From Eledone cirrhosa (taxonomy: Eukaryota): a stretch of 64,000 bases of DNA. Below, in pieces: positions 29,901 through 44,900 of this stretch (position 1 is its first letter; every line of letters starts with the position of its first letter). Location: assembly GCA_964016885.1 (NCBI GenBank), contig OZ024743.1, positions 305,846,001-305,910,000 of the forward strand, written 5' to 3'. The position numbers and the translations under genes are program-made. The notes beneath the pieces are model-generated. The model was not told where the DNA came from, ran no database searches, and worked only from the letters and a program-made list of their open reading frames with translations.

Positions 29901-32900
29901 TAGAGAACAGATATGGTCTATAAGTCTAGGTACAGTATATATACCTTAGAGAACAGAGATGCTCTATATCTCTAGGTACACTATATATACCTTAGAGGAC
30001 AGTGATAGTCTATATCTCTAGGTACAGTATATATACCTTTGAGAACTGAGATGGTCTATATCTCTGGGTACAGTATATATACCTTAGAGAACAGAGATGG
30101 TCTAGTTCTCTAGGTTCAGTATATATACCTTAGAGAACAGAGATGGTCTATATCTATAGGTACAGTATATATACCTTAGAGAACAGAGATGGTCTATATC
30201 TCTAGGTACAGTATATATATCCTAGAAACAGAGATGGTCTATATGTCTAGGTACAGTATATATACCTTAGAGAACAGAGATAGTCTATATCTCTACATAC
30301 AGTATATATACCCTAGAGAATAGAGATGGTCTATATGTCTAGGTACAGTATATATACCCTAGAGAACAGATTTGGTCTATATCTCTAGGTACAGTATATA
30401 TACGCTAGAGAACAGAGATGGTCTATATCTCTAGGTACAGTATATATACCTTAGAGAACAGAGATGGTCTATATGTCTAGATACAGTATATATACCTTAG
30501 AGAACAGAGATAGTCTATATCTCTAGGTACAGTATATATACCTTTGAGAACTGAGATGGTCTATATCTCTGGGTACAGTATATATACCTTAGAGAACAGA
30601 GATGGTCTAGTTCTCTAGGTTCAGTATATATACCTTAGAGAACAGAGATGGTCTATATCTCTAGGTACAGTATATATACCTTAGAGAACATAGATGGTCT
30701 ATATTTCTGGGTACAGTATGTTTACCCTAGAGAACAGAGATAGTCTATATCTCTAGGTACAGTATATTTACCCTAGAGAAGAGAGATGGTCTATATCTCT
30801 AGGTACAGTGTAAATACCCTAGAGAACAGAGATGGTCTATATCTCTAGGTACAGTATATATACCTTAAAGAAGAGAGATGGTCTATATCTCAAGCTACAG
30901 TATATATATACGCTAGAGAACAGATTTGGTCTATATCTCTAGGTATAGTATATATACCTTAAAGAACAGAGATGGTCTATATGTCTAAGTACAGTGTATA
31001 TACCCTAGAGTACAGAGATGGTCTATATCTCTAGGTACACTATATATATCCTAGAGAACAGAGATGGTCTATATGTCTAGGTACAGTATATATACCATAG
31101 AGAACAGAGATGGTCTATATCTCTTGGTACACTATTTATACCCTAGAGAACAGAGATGGTCTATATGTCTATGTACAGTAGATATACACTAGAGTACAGA
31201 TGGTCTATATCTCTAGGTACAATATATATACTCAGGAGAACAGAGATGGTCTATATGTCTATGTACAGTAGATATACACTAGAGAACAGATGGTCTATAT
31301 CTCTAGGTACACTATATATACCCAGGAGAACAGAGATGGTCTATATCTCTAGGTACTATATATATACCTTAGAGAACAGAGATGGTCTATATGTCTAGGT
31401 ACCGTATATATACCTTAGAGAACAGAGATGTCTATATCTCTAGGTACATTATATATACCTTAGAGAACAGAGATGGTATATATCTCTAGGTACCCTAGAG
31501 AACAGAGATTGTCTATATGTCTAGGTACAATACATATACCTTAAAGAAGAGAGATGGTCTATATCTCTAGGTACAGTATATAGAGCTTAGATAACAGAGA
31601 AGGTCTATATCTCTAGGTACAGTATATATACCTTAGAGAACAGAGATGGTCTATATCTATAGGTACAGTATATATACCCTAGAGAACAGAGATAGTCTAT
31701 ATATCTAGGTACAGTGTATATACCCTAGAGAACAGATATGGTCTATATGTCTAGGTACAATATATATACCCTAGAGAACAGAGATGGTCTATATATCTAG
31801 GTACACTATATATACGCTAGAGAACAGATATGGTCTATATGTCTAGGTACAGTATATATACCTTAGAGAACAGAGATGGTCTATATGTCTAGGTACAGTA
31901 TATATACCTTAGAGAACAGAGATGGTCTATATGTCTAGCTACAGTATATATTCCCTAGAGAACAGAGATGGTCTATATCTCCAAGTACAGTAAATATACC
32001 TTAGAGAACAGAGATGGTCTATATCTCTAGGTACAGTATATATACCCTACAGAATAGAGATGGTCTATATATCTAGGTACACTACATACACCCTGGAGTA
32101 CAGAGACAGTCTATATCTCTAGGTACAGTATATATACCTTAGAGAACAGAGATGGTCTATATGTCTAGGTACAATATATATAGCTTAAAGAAGAGAGATG
32201 GTCTATATCTCTAGGTACAGTAAATATACCTTAGAGAACAGAGATGGTCTATATCTCTAGGTACACTATATATACGCTAGAGAACAGAGATGGTCTATAA
32301 GTATAGGTACAGTATATATACCTTAGAGAACAGAGATGCTCTATATCTCTAGGTACAGTATATATACCTTAGAGAACAGAGATAGTCTATATCTCTAAGT
32401 ACAGTATATATACCTTAGAGAACATAGATAGTCTATATCTCTAGGTACAGTATATATACCTTAAAGAAGAGAGATGGTCTGTATCTCTAGGTACAGTATA
32501 TATAGCTTAAAGAAGAGAGATGGTCTATATATCAGGTACAGTATATATACCTTAGAGAACAGAGATGGTCTATATCTCTAGGTACAGTATATATACCTTA
32601 GAGAACAGAGATGGTCTATATGTCTAGGTACAGTATATATACCCTAGAGAACAGATTTGGTCTATATCTCTAGGTACAGTATATATACCTTCTAGAACAG
32701 AGATGGCCTATATCTCTAGGTACAGTATATATACCCTAGAGAACAGAGATGGTCTATATCTCTAGGTACAGTATATATACCTTAGAGAACAGAGATGGTC
32801 TATATGTCTAGATACAGTATATATACCTTAGAGAACAGAGATAGTCTATATCTCTAGGTACAGTATATATACCTTAGAGAACATAGATGGTCTATATTTC

Positions 32901-35900
32901 TGGGTACAGTATGTTTACCCTAGAGAACAGAGATAGTCTTTATCTCTAGGTACAGTATATTTACCCTAGAGAAGAGAGATGGTCTATATCTCTAGGTACA
33001 GTATAAATACCCTAGAGAACAGAGATGGTCTATATCTCTAGGTACAGTATATATACCTTAAAGAAGAGAGATGGTCTATATCTCAACCTACAGTATATAT
33101 ACCCTAGAGAACAGATTTGGTCTATATCTCTAGGTACAGTATATATACCTTAAAGACCAGAGATGGTCTATATGTCTAAGTACAGTGTATATACCCTAGA
33201 GAACAGAGATGGTCTATATTTCTAGGTACACTATATATACACTAGAGAACAGATATGGTCTATATGTCTAGGAACAGTATATATACCCTAGAGAACAGAG
33301 ATGGTCTATATCTCTAGGTACACTATATATACGCTAGAGAAAAGATATGGTCTATATCTCTAGGTACAGTATATATACCTCAGAGAACAGAGATGGTCTA
33401 TATCTCTAGGTACAGTATATATACCCTACAGAATAGAGATGGTCTATATCCCTAGGTACAGTATATATACCTTAGAGAACAGAGATGGTCTATATGTCTA
33501 GGTACAATATATATACCTTAAAGAAGAGAGATGGTCTATATCTCTAGGTACAGTAAATATACCTTAGAGAACAGAGATGGTCTATATCTCTAGGTACACT
33601 ATATATATACGCTAGAGAACAGATATGGTCTATAAGTCTAGGTACAGTATATATACCTTAGAGAACAGAGATGCTCTATATCTCTAGGTACACTATATAT
33701 ACCTTAGAGGACAGTGATAGTCTATATCTCTAGGTACAGTATATATACCTTTGAGAACTGAGATGGTCTATATCTCTGGGTACAGTATATATACCTTAGA
33801 GAACAGAGATGGTCTAGTTCTCTAGGTTCAGTATATATACCTTAGAGAACAGAGATGGTCTATATCTATAGGTACAGTATATATACCTTAGAGAACAGAG
33901 ATGGTCTATATCTCTAGGTACAGTATATATATCCTAGAAACAGAGATGGTCTATATGTCTAGGTACAGTATATATACCTTAGAGAACAGAGATAGTCTAT
34001 ATCTCTACATACAGTATATATACCCTAGAGAATAGAGATGGTCTATATGTCTAGGTACAGTATATATACCCTAGAGAACAGATTTGGTCTATATCTCTAG
34101 GTACAGTATATATACGCTAGAGAACAGAGATGGTCTATATCTCTAGGTACAGTATATATACCTTAGAGAACAGAGATGGTCTATATGTCTAGATACAGTA
34201 TATATACCTTAGAGAACAGAGATAGTCTATATCTCTAGGTACAGTATATATACCTTTGAGAACTGAGATGGTCTATATCTCTGGGTACAGTATATATACC
34301 TTAGAGAACAGAGATGGTCTAGTTCTCTAGGTTCAGTATATATACCTTAGAGAACAGAGATGGTCTATATCTCTAGGTACAGTATATATACCTTAGAGAA
34401 CATAGATGGTCTATATTTCTGGGTACAGTATGTTTACCCTAGAGAACAGAGATAGTCTATATCTCTAGGTACAGTATATTTACCCTAGAGAAGAGAGATG
34501 GTCTATATCTCTAGGTACAGTGTAAATACCCTAGAGAACAGAGATGGTCTATATCTCTAGGTACAGTATATATACCTTAAAGAAGAGAGATGGTCTATAT
34601 CTCAAGCTACAGTATATATATACGCTAGAGAACAGATTTGGTCTATATCTCTAGGTATAGTATATATACCTTAAAGAACAGAGATGGTCTATATGTCTAA
34701 GTACAGTGTATATACCCTAGAGTACAGAGATGGTCTATATCTCTAGGTACACTATATATATCCTAGAGAACAGAGATGGTCTATATGTCTAGGTACAGTA
34801 TATATACCATAGAGAACAGAGATGGTCTATATCTCTTGGTACACTATTTATACCCTAGAGAACAGAGATGGTCTATATGTCTATGTACAGTAGATATACA
34901 CTAGAGTACAGATGGTCTATATCTCTAGGTACAATATATATACTCAGGAGAACAGAGATGGTCTATATGTCTATGTACAGTAGATATACACTAGAGAACA
35001 GATGGTCTATATCTCTAGGTACACTATATATACCCAGGAGAACAGAGATGGTCTATATCTCTAGGTACTATATATATACCTTAGAGAACAGAGATGGTCT
35101 ATATGTCTAGGTACCGTATATATACCTTAGAGAACAGAGATGTCTATATCTCTAGGTACATTATATATACCTTAGAGAACAGAGATGGTATATATCTCTA
35201 GGTACCCTAGAGAACAGAGATTGTCTATATGTCTAGGTACAATACATATACCTTAAAGAAGAGAGATGGTCTATATCTCTAGGTACAGTATATAGAGCTT
35301 AGATAACAGAGAAGGTCTATATCTCTAGGTACAGTATATATACCTTAGAGAACAGAGATGGTCTATATCTATAGGTACAGTATATATACCCTAGAGAACA
35401 GAGATAGTCTATATATCTAGGTACAGTGTATATACCCTAGAGAACAGATATGGTCTATATGTCTAGGTACAATATATATACCCTAGAGAACAGAGATGGT
35501 CTATATATCTAGGTACACTATATATACGCTAGAGAACAGATATGGTCTATATGTCTAGGTACAGTATATATACCTTAGAGAACAGAGATGGTCTATATGT
35601 CTAGGTACAGTATATATACCTTAGAGAACAGAGATGGTCTATATGTCTAGCTACAGTATATATTCCCTAGAGAACAGAGATGGTCTATATCTCCAAGTAC
35701 AGTAAATATACCTTAGAGAACAGAGATGGTCTATATCTCTAGGTACAGTATATATACCCTACAGAATAGAGATGGTCTATATATCTAGGTACACTACATA
35801 CACCCTGGAGTACAGAGACAGTCTATATCTCTAGGTACAGTATATATACCTTAGAGAACAGAGATGGTCTATATGTCTAGGTACAATATATATAGCTTAA

Positions 35901-38900
35901 AGAAGAGAGATGGTCTATATCTCTAGGTACAGTAAATATACCTTAGAGAACAGAGATGGTCTATATCTCTAGGTACACTATATATACGCTAGAGAACAGA
36001 GATGGTCTATAAGTATAGGTACAGTATATATACCTTAGAGAACAGAGATGCTCTATATCTCTAGGTACAGTATATATACCTTAGAGAACAGAGATAGTCT
36101 ATATCTCTAAGTACAGTATATATACCTTAGAGAACATAGATAGTCTATATCTCTAGGTACAGTATATATACCTTAAAGAAGAGAGATGGTCTGTATCTCT
36201 AGGTACAGTATATATAGCTTAAAGAAGAGAGATGGTCTATATATCAGGTACAGTATATATACCTTAGAGAACAGAGATGGTCTATATCTCTAGGTACAGT
36301 ATATATACCTTAGAGAACAGAGATGGTCTATATGTCTAGGTACAGTATATATACCCTAGAGAACAGATTTGGTCTATATCTCTAGGTACAGTATATATAC
36401 CTTCTAGAACAGAGATGGCCTATATCTCTAGGTACAGTATATATACCCTAGAGAACAGAGATGGTCTATATCTCTAGGTACAGTATATATACCTTAGAGA
36501 ACAGAGATGGTCTCTATGTCTACATACAGTATATATACCTTAGAGAACAGAGATAGTCTATATCTCTAGGTACAGTATATATACCTTAGAGAACATAGAT
36601 TGTCTATATCTCTGGGTACAGTATGTTTACCCTAGAGAACAGAGATGGTCTATATCTCTAGGTACAGTATATATACCCTAGAGAAGAGAGATAGTCTATA
36701 TCTCTAGGTACAGTATATATACCCTAGAGAACAGAGATGGTCTATATCTCTACGTACAGTATATATACCTTAGAGAAAAGAGATCGTCTATATCTCTAGG
36801 TACAGTATATATACCTTAGAGAACAGAGATGTTCTATATATCTAGGTACAGTATATATACCCTAGAGAACAGATTTGGATATATCTCTAGGTACAGTATA
36901 TATACCTTAGAGAACAGAGATGGCCTATATCTCTAGGTACATTATATATACCCTAGAGAAGAGAGATGGTCTATATCTCTAGGTACAGTATATATACCCT
37001 AGAGAAGAGAGATGGTCTATATCTCTAGGTACAGTATAAATACCCTAGAGAACAGAGATGGTCTATATCTCTAGGTACAGTATATATACCTTAGAGAACA
37101 GAGATAGTCTATATGTCTAGGTACAATATATATACCTTAAAGAAGAGAGATGGTCTATATCTCTAGGTACAGTATATATACCTTAAAGAACAGAGATGGT
37201 CTATATGTCTACGTACAGTGTATATACCCTAGAGAATAGAGATGGTCTATATCTCTATGTACACTATATATATCCTAGAGAACAGAGAAGGTCTATATCT
37301 CTAGGTACAGTATATATACCATAGAGAACAGAGATGGTCTATATCTCTAGGTACACTATATATACCCTAGAGAACAGAGATGGTCTATATGTCTAGGTAC
37401 AGTATATATACCCTAGAGAACAGAGATGGTCTATATGTCTAGGTACCGTATATATACCTTAGAGAACAGAGATGGTATATATCTCTAGGTACCCTAGAGA
37501 ACAGAGATGGTCTATATGTCTAGGTACAGTATATATACCCTACAGAATAGAGATGGTCTATATCTCTAGGTACAGTATATATACCTTAGAGAACAGAGAT
37601 GGTCTATATGTCTAGGTACAATATATATACCTTAAAGAAGAGAGATGGTCTATATCTCTAGGTACAGTAAATATACCTTAGAGAACAGAGATGGTCTATA
37701 TCTCTAGGTACACTATATATACGCTAGAGAACAGATATGGTCTATAAGTCTAGGTACAGTATATATACCTTAGAGAACAGAGATGCTCTATATCTCTAGG
37801 TACACTATATATATCTTAGAAGACAGTGATAGTCTATATCTCTAGGTACAGTATATATACCTTTGAGAACTGAGATGGTCTAGTTCTCTAGGTTCAGTAT
37901 ATATACCTTAGAGAACAGAGATGGTCTATATCTATAGGTACAGTATATATACCTTAGAGAACAGAGATGGTCTATATGTCTAGGTACAATATATATACCT
38001 TAAAGAAGAGAGATGGTCTATATCTCTAGGTACAGTATATATACCTTAAAGAACAGAGATGGTCTATATGTCTAAGTACAGTGTATATACCCTAGAGAAC
38101 AGAGATGGTCTATATCTCTAGGTACACTATATATATCCTAGAGAACAGAGAAGGTCTATATCTCTAGGTACAGTATATATACCATAGAGAACAGAGATGG
38201 TCTATATCTCTAGGTACACTATTTATACCCTAGAGAACAGAGATGGTCTATATGTCTAGGTACAGTATATATACCCTAGAGAACAGAAGGTCTATATCTC
38301 TAGGTACACTATATATACCCAAGAGAACAGAGATGGTCTATATCTCTAGGTAGAGTATATATACACTAGAGAACAGAGATGGTCTATATGTCTAGGTACC
38401 GTATATATACTTTAGAGAACAGAGATGGTATATATCTCTAGGTACCCTAGAGAACAGAGATGGTCTATATGTCTAGGTACAATATATATACCTTAAAGAA
38501 GAGAGATGGTCAATATCTCTAGGTACAGTATATATAGCTTAGAGAACAGAGAAGCTCTATATCTCTAGGTACAGTATATATACCTTAGAGAACAGAGATG
38601 GTCTATATCTCTAGGTACAGTATATATAACTTAGAGAACAGAGATAGTCTATATGTCTAGGTACACTGTATATACACTAGAGAACAGATATGGTCTATAT
38701 GTCTAGGTACAGTATATATACCCTAGAGAACAGAGATGGTCTATATCTCTAGGTACACTATATATACGCTAGAGAACAGATATGGTCTATATCTCTAGGT
38801 ACAGTATATATACCTTTGAGAACAGAGATGGTCTATATCTCTAGGTACAGTATATATACCCTACAGAATAGAGATGGTCTATATCTCTTGGTACAGTATA

Positions 38901-41900
38901 TATACCTTAGAGAACAGAGATGGTCTATATGTCTAGGTACAATATATATACCTTAAAGAAGAGAGATGGTCTATATCTCTAGGTACAGTAAATATACCTT
39001 AGAGAACAGAGATGGTCTATATCTCTAGGTACACTATATATACGCTAGAGAACAGATATGGTCTATAAGTCTAGGTACAGTATATATACCTTAGAGAAAA
39101 GAGATGCTCTATATCTCTAGGTACACTATATATACCTTAGAGGACAGTGATAGTCTATATCTCTAGGTACAGTATATATACCTTTGAGAACTGAGATGGT
39201 CTATATCTCTGGGTACAGTATATATACCTTAGAGAACAGAGATGGTCTAGTTCTCTAGGTTCAGTATATATACCTTAGAGAACAGAGATGGTCTATATCT
39301 ATAGGTACAGTATATATACCTTAGAGAACAGAGATGGTCTATATCTCTAGGTACAGTATATATACCTTAGAGAACAGAGATGGTCTATATGTCTACGTAC
39401 AATATATATACCTTAAAGAAGAGAGATGGTCTATATCTCTAGGTACAGTATATATACCTTAAAGAACAGAGATGGTCTATATGTCTAAGTACAGTGTATA
39501 TACCCTAGAGAACAGAGATGGTCTATATCTCTAGGTACAGTATATATACCCTAGAGAACAGAGATGGTCTATATCTCTAGGTACCGTATATATACCTTAG
39601 AGAACAGAGATGGTCTATATCTCTAGGTACAGTATATATACCTTAGAGAACAGAGATGGTCTATATGTCTAGATACAGTATATATACCTTAGAGAACAGA
39701 GATAGTCTATATCTCTAGGTACAGTATATATACCTTAGAGAACATAGATGGTCTATATTTCTGGGTACAGTATGTTTACCCTAGAGAACAGAGATAGTCT
39801 TTATCTCTAGGTACAGTATATTTACCCTAGAGAAGAGAGATGGTCTATATCTCTAGGTACAGTATAAATACCCTAGAGAACAGAGATGGTCTATATCTCT
39901 AGGTACAGTATATATACCTTAAAGAAGAGAGATGGTCTATATCTCAACCTACAGTATATATACCCTAGAGAACAGATTTGGTCTATATCTCTAGGTACAG
40001 TATATATACCTTAAAGACCAGAGATGGTCTATATGTCTAAGTACAGTGTATATACCCTAGAGAACAGAGATGGTCTATATTTCTAGGTACACTATATATA
40101 CACTAGAGAACAGATATGGTCTATATGTCTAGGAACAGTATATATACCCTAGAGAACAGAGATGGTCTATATCTCTAGGTACACTATATATACGCTAGAG
40201 AAAAGATATGGTCTATATCTCTAGGTACAGTATATATACCTCAGAGAACAGAGATGGTCTATATCTCTAGGTACAGTATATATACCCTACAGAATAGAGA
40301 TGGTCTATATCCCTAGGTACAGTATATATACCTTAGAGAACAGAGATGGTCTATATGTCTAGGTACAATATATATACCTTAAAGAAGAGAGATGGTCTAT
40401 ATCTCTAGGTACAGTAAATATACCTTAGAGAACAGAGATGGTCTATATCTCTAGGTACACTATATATATACGCTAGAGAACAGATATGGTCTATAAGTCT
40501 AGGTACAGTATATATACCTTAGAGAACAGAGATGCTCTATATCTCTAGGTACACTATATATACCTTAGAGGACAGTGATAGTCTATATCTCTAGGTACAG
40601 TATATATACCTTTGAGAACTGAGATGGTCTATATCTCTGGGTACAGTATATATACCTTAGAGAACAGAGATGGTCTAGTTCTCTAGGTTCAGTATATATA
40701 CCTTAGAGAACAGAGATGGTCTATATCTATAGGTACAGTATATATACCTTAGAGAACAGAGATGGTCTATATCTCTAGGTACAGTATATATATCCTAGAA
40801 ACAGAGATGGTCTATATGTCTAGGTACAGTATATATACCTTAGAGAACAGAGATAGTCTATATCTCTACATACAGTATATATACCCTAGAGAATAGAGAT
40901 GGTCTATATGTCTAGGTACAGTATATATACCCTAGAGAACAGATTTGGTCTATATCTCTAGGTACAGTATATATACGCTAGAGAACAGAGATGGTCTATA
41001 TCTCTAGGTACAGTATATATACCTTAGAGAACAGAGATGGTCTATATGTCTAGATACAGTATATATACCTTAGAGAACAGAGATAGTCTATATCTCTAGG
41101 TACAGTATATATACCTTTGAGAACTGAGATGGTCTATATCTCTGGGTACAGTATATATACCTTAGAGAACAGAGATGGTCTAGTTCTCTAGGTTCAGTAT
41201 ATATACCTTAGAGAACAGAGATGGTCTATATCTCTAGGTACAGTATATATACCTTAGAGAACATAGATGGTCTATATTTCTGGGTACAGTATGTTTACCC
41301 TAGAGAACAGAGATAGTCTATATCTCTAGGTACAGTATATTTACCCTAGAGAAGAGAGATGGTCTATATCTCTAGGTACAGTGTAAATACCCTAGAGAAC
41401 AGAGATGGTCTATATCTCTAGGTACAGTATATATACCTTAAAGAAGAGAGATGGTCTATATCTCAAGCTACAGTATATATATACGCTAGAGAACAGATTT
41501 GGTCTATATCTCTAGGTATAGTATATATACCTTAAAGAACAGAGATGGTCTATATGTCTAAGTACAGTGTATATACCCTAGAGTACAGAGATGGTCTATA
41601 TCTCTAGGTACACTATATATATCCTAGAGAACAGAGATGGTCTATATGTCTAGGTACAGTATATATACCATAGAGAACAGAGATGGTCTATATCTCTTGG
41701 TACACTATTTATACCCTAGAGAACAGAGATGGTCTATATGTCTATGTACAGTAGATATACACTAGAGTACAGATGGTCTATATCTCTAGGTACAATATAT
41801 ATACTCAGGAGAACAGAGATGGTCTATATGTCTATGTACAGTAGATATACACTAGAGAACAGATGGTCTATATCTCTAGGTACACTATATATACCCAGGA

Positions 41901-44900
41901 GAACAGAGATGGTCTATATCTCTAGGTACTATATATATACCTTAGAGAACAGAGATGGTCTATATGTCTAGGTACCGTATATATACCTTAGAGAACAGAG
42001 ATGTCTATATCTCTAGGTACATTATATATACCTTAGAGAACAGAGATGGTATATATCTCTAGGTACCCTAGAGAACAGAGATTGTCTATATGTCTAGGTA
42101 CAATACATATACCTTAAAGAAGAGAGATGGTCTATATCTCTAGGTACAGTATATAGAGCTTAGATAACAGAGAAGGTCTATATCTCTAGGTACAGTATAT
42201 ATACCTTAGAGAACAGAGATGGTCTATATCTATAGGTACAGTATATATACCCTAGAGAACAGAGATAGTCTATATATCTAGGTACAGTGTATATACCCTA
42301 GAGAACAGATATGGTCTATATGTCTAGGTACAATATATATACCCTAGAGAACAGAGATGGTCTATATATCTAGGTACACTATATATACGCTAGAGAACAG
42401 ATATGGTCTATATGTCTAGGTACAGTATATATACCTTAGAGAACAGAGATGGTCTATATGTCTAGGTACAGTATATATACCTTAGAGAACAGAGATGGTC
42501 TATATGTCTAGCTACAGTATATATTCCCTAGAGAACAGAGATGGTCTATATCTCCAAGTACAGTAAATATACCTTAGAGAACAGAGATGGTCTATATCTC
42601 TAGGTACAGTATATATACCCTACAGAATAGAGATGGTCTATATATCTAGGTACACTACATACACCCTGGAGTACAGAGACAGTCTATATCTCTAGGTACA
42701 GTATATATACCTTAGAGAACAGAGATGGTCTATATGTCTAGGTACAATATATATAGCTTAAAGAAGAGAGATGGTCTATATCTCTAGGTACAGTAAATAT
42801 ACCTTAGAGAACAGAGATGGTCTATATCTCTAGGTACACTATATATACGCTAGAGAACAGAGATGGTCTATAAGTATAGGTACAGTATATATACCTTAGA
42901 GAACAGAGATGCTCTATATCTCTAGGTACAGTATATATACCTTAGAGAACAGAGATAGTCTATATCTCTAAGTACAGTATATATACCTTAGAGAACATAG
43001 ATAGTCTATATCTCTAGGTACAGTATATATACCTTAAAGAAGAGAGATGGTCTGTATCTCTAGGTACAGTATATATAGCTTAAAGAAGAGAGATGGTCTA
43101 TATATCAGGTACAGTATATATACCTTAGAGAACAGAGATGGTCTATATCTCTAGGTACAGTATATATACCTTAGAGAACAGAGATGGTCTATATGTCTAG
43201 GTACAGTATATATACCCTAGAGAACAGATTTGGTCTATATCTCTAGGTACAGTATATATACCTTCTAGAACAGAGATGGCCTATATCTCTAGGTACAGTA
43301 TATATACCCTAGAGAACAGAGATGGTCTATATCTCTAGGTACAGTATATATACCTTAGAGAACAGAGATGGTCTATATGTCTAGATACAGTATATATACC
43401 TTAGAGAACAGAGATAGTCTATATCTCTAGGTACAGTATATATACCTTAGAGAACATAGATGGTCTATATTTCTGGGTACAGTATGTTTACCCTAGAGAA
43501 CAGAGATAGTCTTTATCTCTAGGTACAGTATATTTACCCTAGAGAAGAGAGATGGTCTATATCTCTAGGTACAGTATAAATACCCTAGAGAACAGAGATG
43601 GTCTATATCTCTAGGTACAGTATATATACCTTAAAGAAGAGAGATGGTCTATATCTCAACCTACAGTATATATACCCTAGAGAACAGATTTGGTCTATAT
43701 CTCTAGGTACAGTATATATACCTTAAAGACCAGAGATGGTCTATATGTCTAAGTACAGTGTATATACCCTAGAGAACAGAGATGGTCTATATTTCTAGGT
43801 ACACTATATATACACTAGAGAACAGATATGGTCTATATGTCTAGGAACAGTATATATACCCTAGAGAACAGAGATGGTCTATATCTCTAGGTACACTATA
43901 TATACGCTAGAGAAAAGATATGGTCTATATCTCTAGGTACAGTATATATACCTCAGAGAACAGAGATGGTCTATATCTCTAGGTACAGTATATATACCCT
44001 ACAGAATAGAGATGGTCTATATCCCTAGGTACAGTATATATACCTTAGAGAACAGAGATGGTCTATATGTCTAGGTACAATATATATACCTTAAAGAAGA
44101 GAGATGGTCTATATCTCTAGGTACAGTAAATATACCTTAGAGAACAGAGATGGTCTATATCTCTAGGTACACTATATATATACGCTAGAGAACAGATATG
44201 GTCTATAAGTCTAGGTACAGTATATATACCTTAGAGAACAGAGATGCTCTATATCTCTAGGTACACTATATATACCTTAGAGGACAGTGATAGTCTATAT
44301 CTCTAGGTACAGTATATATACCTTTGAGAACTGAGATGGTCTATATCTCTTGGTACAGTATATATACCTTAGAGAACAGAGATGGTCTAGTTCTCTAGGT
44401 TCAGTATATATACCTTAGAGAACAGAGATGGTCTATATCTATAGGTACAGTATATATACCTTAGAGAACAGAGATGGTCTATATCTCTAGGTACAGTATA
44501 TATATCCTAGAAACAGAGATGGTCTATATGTCTAGGTACAGTATATATACCTTAGAGAACAGAGATAGTCTATATCTCTACATACAGTATATATACCCTA
44601 GAGAATAGAGATGGTCTATATGTCTAGGTACAGTATATATACCCTAGAGAACAGATTTGGTCTATATCTCTAGGTACAGTATATATACGCTAGAGAACAG
44701 AGATGGTCTATATCTCTAGGTACAGTATATATACCTTAGAGAACAGAGATGGTCTATATGTCTAGATACAGTATATATACCTTAGAGAACAGAGATAGTC
44801 TATATCTCTAGGTACAGTATATATACCTTTGAGAACTGAGATGGTCTATATCTCTGGGTACAGTATATATACCTTAGAGAACAGAGATGGTCTAGTTCTC